From NCBI GenBank assembly GCA_965198175.1, contig OZ240245.1, positions 576,001 through 640,000 on the forward strand: DNA of 64,000 bases, given 5' to 3'. Position numbers and translations under genes: made by a program. The stretch is from Candidatus Poribacteria bacterium (GTDB lineage: Bacteria > Poribacteria > WGA-4E > PCPOR2b). Under the pieces are notes generated by a model, which was not told the DNA's origin, did not search any database, and saw nothing but the letters and a program-made list of their open reading frames with translations. Below are positions 10,001 through 16,867 of the stretch, piece by piece (position 1 is the first letter of the stretch; each line of letters opens with the position of its first letter).

Positions 10001-10318
10001 TTGTCGATTTTGGACGTCCCATAATTTGAATTTGTAGTCATCGCTTCCGCTGGCAAGCAACTTTCCGTTTGGGGAAAATGCCACGGAATTGACTTGACGT
10101 GTGTGGCCCCTGAGCGTTGTCACGGTGTCGTTCTGCAAATTCCACAGTTTCACGGTGCCATCTGCACCGGCACTAGCAACAAGCGAGGCATCCACAGGGG
10201 AAAATTTTACCGTTCGGACAGCACCGCCAAGCCTAAGGATAGTCGGTTGCTGCGCAAAACTCGGGAGAGAAAAATTTAACAAGGCGGTTATCGTCAGAAA
10301 TAAGCGTCTGAATTGCAT
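7085..10318 (-). CDS. Secreted WD40 + zinc metallopeptidase + Ig-like (Big_1) + cohesin + dockerin + CTD protein, gene C
   Basis: About 7 divergent WD40 repeats. Metzincin motif HELGHTFGLGH followed by 'YLMSY' (Met-turn-like). Ig-like 'SGDDQHG...TTVTTGADGRAET'. C-terminal third shared with the paralogues. Confidence 0.85.
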   Translation of the reverse strand: MQFRRLFLTITALLNFSLPSFAQQPTILRLGGAVRTVKFSPVDASLVASAGADGTVKLWNLQNDTVTTLRGHTRQVNSVAFSPNGKLLASGSDDYKFKLWDVQNRQPIVTLEHVVDHTRYQIKAVAFSPDGQLLATAGWGVKLWDVSNQNGIDTLEHDQWVYAVAFSRDGQRLAAGDINGLVKVWDVQNWQAITQLEGDTTVVYSVAFSPDGRTLASAGYQGQIRLWAVANWELLGTLHNRGTAYTVDFSLDGEVLASTGHETVSLWSVENGEKIATLTGHTGWVYGVAFSPDGTAIASGGDDRTVRVQNIESHLQTRQQREMIRLIYFLPRGRSRQHNIDTKLDMLIRDVQQFFAEQMQINGFGRKTFTFEADADSALRVHRVDGKFGDRYYHTNTYDKVTAEISEQFDRSKHVYLIAADVSSERIGHENVCGRGGGRSIRDGALNSITAGGTALIPASGDCFDGPFGVNVAAHELGHTFGLGHDFRNDAYLMSYGSHRTQLSQCAAEWLDVHRIFNSNQIAFNEPATIQMLPPLAYPSNAISLRFKITDTDGLHQAQLLTPSTAEDQAPGFLKLLSCKRLNGESNTFEFITTELTIRYSNEVTLQVIDVYGNITRGGFTFRRADILPAPKDAIPTTLAKISGDDQHGAPGATLANPLIVKVTDQDGSALEGIAVTFAVTAGGGTLSATTVTTGADGRAETTLTLGSRAGTNTVEVSVAEIQQTLAFNAEGIRSSDTNATVSVSPSPVPSPAIGDQLTLSLNITNGENVAGYQATVTFDTAALRFVSSDNADYLPQGAFAVPAVVSENTVTLAATSLAGESNGDGTLATLTFEVVAVKASTLTLSHVVLSDSAGAASRPQVENGQVVEPPQLVGDVNRDGAVNIQDLVLVGSSLGQTGQNDADVNGDAVVNIQDLVLVAAAFGNAATAPSAHRIAAGMPRLRAADVHEWLAHARQLDLTDATSQRGIIFLEHLLAALTPKDTVLLPNYPNPFNPETWIPYHLAQAADVTLTVYDTKGTVVRQLNLGHQSAGFYTARNRAAYWDGTNERGETVASGVYVYELRAGEYSALRRMVILK

Positions 10319-10331
10319 TCAATAATTCCTT

Positions 10332-11375
10332 TAGGAGTTACGCAGTTGAGAGCAAATAGGTTATAATTTGAGCATGAATCCATCGAAATATAATGACATT
10401 GACTATATCAATTTCTTGGTTGGCACTCAGAAAAGTTACAGTTGTCTTGAGGCAGAAAAGGTTCAACCCCAAACTGATGACTCACCGGCTCATGATTCGA
10501 TAACCAGACTTTTGCATCGAGATGAACCCGATACCGGCAAACTGTGGCACGAATCAAAAAGTCAGGTGAAATTGAAATCAGGAATTCTAGTTATAGATGA
10601 TTCGACCCTAGATAAACCTTATTCCCAAAAGATTGACCTAGTGACAAAACACTGGTCGGGGAAACACCATCGAGTTGTGCATGGCATTAACCTAATCACT
10701 TTGCTTTGGACGAATGGCGATAGACATATTCCATGTGATTATCGAATCTATAACAAAGCCAAGGACGGCTTGACGAAAAATGACCATTTCCGTGCAATGC
10801 TGACGGAAGCGAAGAACCGTGGCTTTGTTCCCGAATGTCTTTGCTTTGATAGTTGGTATGCTAGCCTAGAGAATCTAAAAGCCGTCCGAGATTATGGTTG
10901 GAGATGGCTGACTCGTCTAGCTGCCAACCGACGGGTCAGTAAAGATTATTCCGGTAATCGTCCTGTAAGTACAGTGCCGATTGAATCAACGGGTACGATT
11001 GTTCATCTTAAGGGTTATGGATTGATTTTGGTATTCAAGGTGGACACTCCAGAAGGTGACATTGAATATTGGGCAACGAACGACTTACACATGAACGAGT
11101 TAACACGTCTCAAATATACGGAATGGTCTTGGGCAATAGAAGAATATCATCGTGGCATTAAGCAATTCGTTGGCGTCGAACGGGCACAAGTGCGGTCGAC
11201 TCGCACTCAAAGCAATCATATCGGTTTAGCGCTGAGAGCCTTTCTGAGAATTGAGCATTACTGTTATCATACCGGCACCAGTTGGTTTGAAGCAAAACTC
11301 TCAATTGTCAGAAAGGCTGTCCGTGATTATTTGGTGCAGCCTCTTTTTACGCTTGAGTCAACTGCGTAACTCCTA
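10332..11375 (+). mobile_element. IS701-family insertion sequence
   Basis: Perfect 18-bp terminal inverted repeats TAGGAGTTACGCAGTTGA (10332) / TCAACTGCGTAACTCCTA (ends 11375). 5-bp target duplication TCCTT at 10327-10331 and 11376-11380. Confidence 0.92.
10374..11369 (+). CDS. IS701-family DDE transposase
   Basis: Motifs 'LVIDDSTLDK', 'FDSWY', 'WAIEEYHRGIKQ'. The stop codon lies inside the right IR. Confidence 0.9.
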   Translation: MNPSKYNDIDYINFLVGTQKSYSCLEAEKVQPQTDDSPAHDSITRLLHRDEPDTGKLWHESKSQVKLKSGILVIDDSTLDKPYSQKIDLVTKHWSGKHHRVVHGINLITLLWTNGDRHIPCDYRIYNKAKDGLTKNDHFRAMLTEAKNRGFVPECLCFDSWYASLENLKAVRDYGWRWLTRLAANRRVSKDYSGNRPVSTVPIESTGTIVHLKGYGLILVFKVDTPEGDIEYWATNDLHMNELTRLKYTEWSWAIEEYHRGIKQFVGVERAQVRSTRTQSNHIGLALRAFLRIEHYCYHTGTSWFEAKLSIVRKAVRDYLVQPLFTLESTA

Positions 11376-11565
11376 TCCTTATTGTTTTGCAGAAATTTTG
11401 ACTTGAACAACAATGAAAGTCTGCCAACGAAAACAGATATTTCCGAGGCGCGGAGATCAGAATACCACAAAATCAGGCTTGAAGCACGTCTTTGGACGGT
11501 AGCCGCCCGACCCGGTAATAGAACCGGATAACGACTCATAACGGAATCCTCCTTGGGCTGATATT

Positions 11566-13599
11566 TTATTTTTGATTGATACGTATATCAAGGACTTGTG
11601 CCGTCTGGTTTAACACTTCAACTTCAAAATCGTCGAATTCTATGGAGGCTAACGCATTGACAAACTGCTGTAGATTCCCGGCGATCGTGACCTCGATTTC
11701 AGCGATTTTTCCTTCCACATCAAAATGCTGTCGGCGCACATTTTGGACAGAAGGGATGCGCTTCTGTAGTGCGTCCTCAAACAGCAGTAACTCCTTAAAT
11801 GTCACATTCTCAATTCTCAAAATTGACAATTTCTGATTGATACGTATATCGAGGACTTGTGGGGTCTGGTTTAGTACCTCGACTTGAAATTCGTCGAACC
11901 GTATCAAGGCAAGTTCTTTGATAAATTGATGCAAATCCCCAGTTATCGTGACTTCAATCTCGGCGAGTTTTCCAGTCACGTCGAAATGCCGTCGGTGTAC
12001 ATTTTGGACAGAGGGGATGCGTTTCTGTAGTGCGTCTTCAAACAGCAGCAATTCCTTAAACGTCACATTCACAACCTTCAACGTAAGGGCCCGCTCATAA
12101 TTGACTGCGATTTCATGCCATTTGTATTCTATTTCTCCAATCAAATAATCAGCAATCTTGCCCGCGACATTCGCAAGGGCTTTTTTAGCGGCGAACTCCT
12201 CAGTTAAGTCAAGTCCTTTATCCGTCATACTATGCGTCGCGAGTATTTTCCCGGTGTCTGTCTGAATTGCCTTGGCGACTAATTGCCCGCTACAAGCGAC
12301 GATGTTGCCTGGAATTCGTCCCGCGGTACGCTGGCTCACGGCTTCACCGACAATAATGATTTCGGCATCAAATTGGTTCGCCAATGCAACTGCAGCAGCA
12401 ACATCCCCTTGAGCCGCGCGTTTCGCTTCGTCTTTGTATCTGATGTGCTGTATCTGCTGTTGGTCTACGACCGGATAGCCGCGCTCAACAAGTAGGCGGA
12501 TAATCTCGGTCTCTCCGGCAGGGAAGAGAACGCTGCTTCGACGATAATATTCTGGGATGATTACCATAATGAGCGGTTTACGGGCAGGCTGGGGAGGCGG
12601 GACCGTTGAAGCAACATCAGCAGATGGTGCGAGCGATACGTCCTCAACCGTTGGGAGTGTTAGCACAACCTCGCTAGAAATATTACTTGAGATTTGAGGA
12701 GTTTGCTGCTTCCTATTTGCAAAAGCCCACGCTTTAACTCTCTCAACGATATGCCTATTGACTTCTGAAACGGTCACACGCTTATCAGAAAGCATGTCTG
12801 GTGTTCCATAAAGTGCCTCAAGCAGATAATACGCGAACACCCCATATCCAAGATTATCGTCATCAAAACTTGATTCGTTGACATTACATGATGTCAATGT
12901 TACCCGCCCCGTCGCTTTTGAGAGAACGACCTCCGCAAAGGTGTCAGACATTACCCCTAACGGGATTCCCTCGCCTCGGCGGTGTGAGCCACTATGGCAC
13001 ACATCAAAGAAAATAATTTGTTGCCTCGTATTCTGAATCGCCTGATAAACCTTTGAAAGTGGAATTCCTGTTTCAACTGGAGCATTTGCTCGTGTATCGG
13101 CAGGTAGGAGATAGTTGATACCATTTTGTGTGAGTCCATGCCCCGAAAAATAAAATATAACAGTGTCCCCTGCTTGGATTATCTGGCTCAACAAGGATAG
13201 GCTTTCCAGGATATTATCGCGTGTGGGTTGATTCTCAGAACCACTTGTCAGCAGATGCAGATGCTCTGCCTTAAAACTGCCTGTATGTGGATGAGTTAAA
13301 ACCTCGTATATCGATCTCGCATCTGGGGTTGAATATTGAAGTTCGTTAATACTAGGATCGTCATAAGCATTAATCCCAATAATGATTCCCCATCGCGTCA
13401 TCTTATCAATAACCGGTTTGGCATCAATCGCTTGGTCCCCTTCAGTTGCAAAAGAGCTATCAGACGCAGGTACAAGCGCAGCAAATAACAGAAACAAAAA
13501 ACAGAACCTATTAGTAATGGTAGAAATCATGAGCATTTTGGCAGTTACGGATACACGGCTACAGACGTTTGAGGAAATTTCAGATCTGTATACTTGCAT
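11566..13599 (-). CDS. Caspase-like (peptidase C14) protein with FlgT/CsgG-like middle domain and duplicated 87-aa C-terminal domain
   Basis: 'IIGINAY', His motif 'YFSGHG', Cys motif 'FFDVCHSG', 'QTP'. Hydrophobic N-terminal segment. 261-bp internal repeat at the 3' end. Exact start uncertain. Confidence 0.8.
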   Translation of the reverse strand: MQVYRSEISSNVCSRVSVTAKMLMISTITNRFCFLFLLFAALVPASDSSFATEGDQAIDAKPVIDKMTRWGIIIGINAYDDPSINELQYSTPDARSIYEVLTHPHTGSFKAEHLHLLTSGSENQPTRDNILESLSLLSQIIQAGDTVIFYFSGHGLTQNGINYLLPADTRANAPVETGIPLSKVYQAIQNTRQQIIFFDVCHSGSHRRGEGIPLGVMSDTFAEVVLSKATGRVTLTSCNVNESSFDDDNLGYGVFAYYLLEALYGTPDMLSDKRVTVSEVNRHIVERVKAWAFANRKQQTPQISSNISSEVVLTLPTVEDVSLAPSADVASTVPPPQPARKPLIMVIIPEYYRRSSVLFPAGETEIIRLLVERGYPVVDQQQIQHIRYKDEAKRAAQGDVAAAVALANQFDAEIIIVGEAVSQRTAGRIPGNIVACSGQLVAKAIQTDTGKILATHSMTDKGLDLTEEFAAKKALANVAGKIADYLIGEIEYKWHEIAVNYERALTLKVVNVTFKELLLFEDALQKRIPSVQNVHRRHFDVTGKLAEIEVTITGDLHQFIKELALIRFDEFQVEVLNQTPQVLDIRINQKLSILRIENVTFKELLLFEDALQKRIPSVQNVRRQHFDVEGKIAEIEVTIAGNLQQFVNALASIEFDDFEVEVLNQTAQVLDIRINQK

Positions 13600-13806
13600 C
13601 GCGGATATGCTATCTCCTTATTAAAGTACTGTGATATACTCCCAAGTTGAAGGATTGGAATCCTAAAGTAAGGACGGGCTTTAAACCTTCACCGCTATTG
13701 AACCAAGTAGTTAAAGCCATCCTCGCACGAAGCCTCTCCGACACCAAACCGGTCAGCAACCGAGTTTTTCTGAAGAACCTCGGTTTCTCACCTCAATAGT
13801 GTGGTG

Positions 13807-16686
13807 CTACTTGAGGATTACCATCCGTCGCAAGGCGGAATACTCCCCCGCACGGAGTTCATAGACATAGACGCCGCTTGCGACCGATTCCCCGCGTTCG
13901 TTGGTGCCGTCCCAATACGCCGCACGGTTCCGTGCGGCGTAGAAGCCCGCAGACTGATGCCCCAGATCTAACCGGCGTACTAACACCCCTTTTGTGTCAT
14001 AAACCGTGAGTGTCACATCGGCAGCCTGGGCGAGGTGATACGGTATCCAGGTCTCCGGATTAAACGGATTCGGGTAGTTGGGCAAAAGCGCCGTGTCTTT
14101 CGGCGTCAACGCTGCCAAGAGATGTTCAAGAAAGATAATCCCCCTCTGCGAGGTTGCATCCGTAAGGTCTAGTTGCCGCGCGTGCGCCAGCCACTCGTGC
14201 ACGTCCGCCGCCCGTAGGCACGGCATCCCTGCCGCGATACGGTGCGCGGAGGGTGCAGTTGCCGCGTTCCCAAACGCCCCTGCAACCAAGACTAAATCCA
14301 CGATATTGACAACACTATCGCCGTTCACATCGGCGTCATTCTGTCCCGTCTGTCCGAAACTGGAGCCAACGAGCACCAAATCTTGGATGTTCACAGCGCC
14401 GTCTCCGTTGACATCGCCTGTGACCTGTGGCGGTTCAACGACGTGTCCGTCTTCAACGCGCGGTCGTGAAGCTGCCCCCGCGCTGTCAGAGAGAACCACG
14501 TCAGATAAGGTCAAGGTCGAGGCTTTGACGGCGACCACTTCAAAGGTGAGTGTAGCGAGCGTGCCGTTACCGTTGCTTTCTCCGGCGAGAGATGTTGCGG
14601 CAAGCGTTACTGTATTCCCCGACACAACGGCGGGCACGGCAAAGGCGCCCTGTGGGAGGTAGTCGGCGTTATCGCTTGAGACGAAGCGGAGCGCGGCGGT
14701 ATCGAAGGTGACGGTCGCCTGATAGCCGGCGACGTTTTCACCGTCCACGATGGTGAGCGGGAGCGTAAACAGCTCTCCGACGGTAGGCGATGGCACAGGT
14801 TCCGCCGAAAAGCGCACCGTTGCGTTCGTGCCGGCTGACGGGGTGAGTTCCCACAGGAGAATCGTGCCGTCACCACTGCCACTGGCGATGGTGCTGCCAT
14901 CGGGACTGTACGCGAGGCTGTTGACCCCACTTGTATGCCCAGTGAGTGTACGCCGGTGTTCTCCCGAATCGGCGTCCCACAGGCGGATGGTATTGTCATC
15001 ACTCCCACTAGCGATATTGCGTCCATCGGGACTGTACGCGAGGCTTGAGACCGAATCCGTATGCCCTGTGAGCGTGCGCCGGTGTTCTCCCGAATCGGCG
15101 TCCCAGAGGCGGACGGTATCGTCGTAACCCCCACTAGCGATAGTGCTGCCATCGGGACTGTACGCGAGGCTGTTGACCCCACTTGTATGCCCTGTGAGCG
15201 TGCGGAGGAGCGTTCCGGTGTCGGCGTCCCAGAGGCGAATTTCTCCCAAACTCCCACTAGCGAGAGTTCGCCCGTCCGGGCTGAAGGCGAGGCTGTAGAC
15301 CGAACCCGTATGCCCTGTGAGCGTGCGGAGGAGTGTTCCGGTGTCGGCGTCCCAGAGGCGGATAGTGCCGACCCAACCCCCCCCGGCACTAGCGAGAGTG
15401 CGTCCATCGGGACTGTACGCGAGGCTATAGACCGAATCCGTATGCCCTGTGAGTGTACGCCGGTGTTCTCCGGTATCGGCGTCCCAGAGGCGGACGGTAT
15501 CGTCCCAACTCCCACTAGCGATGGTGCGTCCATCGGGACTGTACGCGAGGCATGAGACCCCAAACGTATGCCCTGTGAGTGTACGCCGGTGTTCTCCGGT
15601 ATCGGCGTCCCAGAGGCGGATAGTGCCGTCGTAACTCCCACTAGCGATGGTGCTGCCATCGGGACTGTACGCGAGGCTATAGACCCAAGGCGTATACCCT
15701 GAAAGTGTACGCCGGTGTTCTCCCGAATCGGCGTCCCAGAGGCGGATAGTGCCGACCCAACCCCCCCCGGCACTAGCGATGGTGCTGCCATCGGGACTGT
15801 ACGCGAGGCTGTTGACCCCACTTGTATGCCCTGTGAGTGTACGCCGGTGTTCTCCCGAATCGGCGTCCCAGAGGCGGATTTCTTGCCAACTCCCACTAGC
15901 GAGAGTGCTGCCATCGGGACTGTACGCGAGGCTGTTGACCCCACTTGTATGCCCTGTGAGTGTACGCCGGTGTTCTCCCGAATCGGCGTCCCAGAGGCGA
16001 ATTTCTCCCAAACTCCCACTAGCGAGAGTTCGCCCGTTCGGGCTGAAGGCGAGGCTGTTGACCCCACTTGTATGCCCTGTGAGTGTACGCCGGTGTTCTC
16101 CCGAATCGGCGTCCCAGAGGCGGATAGTGCCGACCCAACCCCCCCCGGCACTAGCGAGAGTGCGCCCGTTTGGGCTGAAGGCGAGGCTTGAGACCGAACT
16201 CGTATGCCCTGTGAGCGTGCGCCGGTGTTCTCCCGAATCGGCGTCCCAGAGGCGGACGGTATTGTCCCGACTCCCACTAGCGATATTGCGTCCATCGGGA
16301 CTGTACGCGAGGCTTGAGACCGAACTCGTATGCCCTGTGAGTGTACGCCGGTGTTCTCCGGTATCGGCGTCCCAGAGGCGGATTTCTCCCCCACTCCCAC
16401 TAGCGATAGTGCTGCCGTCGGGACTGAAGGCGAGGCTTGAGACCCAATCCGTATGCGCTGTGAGCAGGGCAACTTCTTGATGGGTGGCTGTATCATACAG
16501 CCAAATACCGATACTACTAGCCACCGCAAGTCGAGTGCCATCGGGCGAATACTTTATCTCACTTATCACGCCTTTGCCGAGCCGCGCTTTAGCACCCTCG
16601 GGTAAGTGCCACTGAGGAGAATCTTGGGCAAAGCTGTTGAGTGAAAACAGGGTGAAAAGAATTAGTAAGGTCAAGGTTGTTTTCAT
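13807..16686 (-). CDS. Secreted WD40 + cohesin + dockerin + CTD protein, paralogue D
   Basis: Same leader (ATG 16686), 13 WD units, same C-terminal modules. Confidence 0.9.
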   Translation of the reverse strand: MKTTLTLLILFTLFSLNSFAQDSPQWHLPEGAKARLGKGVISEIKYSPDGTRLAVASSIGIWLYDTATHQEVALLTAHTDWVSSLAFSPDGSTIASGSGGEIRLWDADTGEHRRTLTGHTSSVSSLAYSPDGRNIASGSRDNTVRLWDADSGEHRRTLTGHTSSVSSLAFSPNGRTLASAGGGWVGTIRLWDADSGEHRRTLTGHTSGVNSLAFSPNGRTLASGSLGEIRLWDADSGEHRRTLTGHTSGVNSLAYSPDGSTLASGSWQEIRLWDADSGEHRRTLTGHTSGVNSLAYSPDGSTIASAGGGWVGTIRLWDADSGEHRRTLSGYTPWVYSLAYSPDGSTIASGSYDGTIRLWDADTGEHRRTLTGHTFGVSCLAYSPDGRTIASGSWDDTVRLWDADTGEHRRTLTGHTDSVYSLAYSPDGRTLASAGGGWVGTIRLWDADTGTLLRTLTGHTGSVYSLAFSPDGRTLASGSLGEIRLWDADTGTLLRTLTGHTSGVNSLAYSPDGSTIASGGYDDTVRLWDADSGEHRRTLTGHTDSVSSLAYSPDGRNIASGSDDNTIRLWDADSGEHRRTLTGHTSGVNSLAYSPDGSTIASGSGDGTILLWELTPSAGTNATVRFSAEPVPSPTVGELFTLPLTIVDGENVAGYQATVTFDTAALRFVSSDNADYLPQGAFAVPAVVSGNTVTLAATSLAGESNGNGTLATLTFEVVAVKASTLTLSDVVLSDSAGAASRPRVEDGHVVEPPQVTGDVNGDGAVNIQDLVLVGSSFGQTGQNDADVNGDSVVNIVDLVLVAGAFGNAATAPSAHRIAAGMPCLRAADVHEWLAHARQLDLTDATSQRGIIFLEHLLAALTPKDTALLPNYPNPFNPETWIPYHLAQAADVTLTVYDTKGVLVRRLDLGHQSAGFYAARNRAAYWDGTNERGESVASGVYVYELRAGEYSALRRMVILK

Positions 16687-16867
16687 GTAAAGTTTTCCCT
16701 TTTTGAAAGTTGATTGCCATCTGGAACTGCAGTGGTCAGTGGCTAGTGCCCAGTAATTTGTGACCAGCACGTAGGTTGTGACTTCAGCAACCGATCAAGC
16801 GACTGGACAAGGAGTGCGATAGAGTTCTCTTTTGAAGAACTCGGTTTCTGACCTCAATTTTGCGGTG

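Noticed and set aside
11327..11539. 70-aa ORF with a strong AAGGAGG RBS
   Set aside because: No recognisable domain, and it ends inside the IS; probably a gene remnant, too weak to call.
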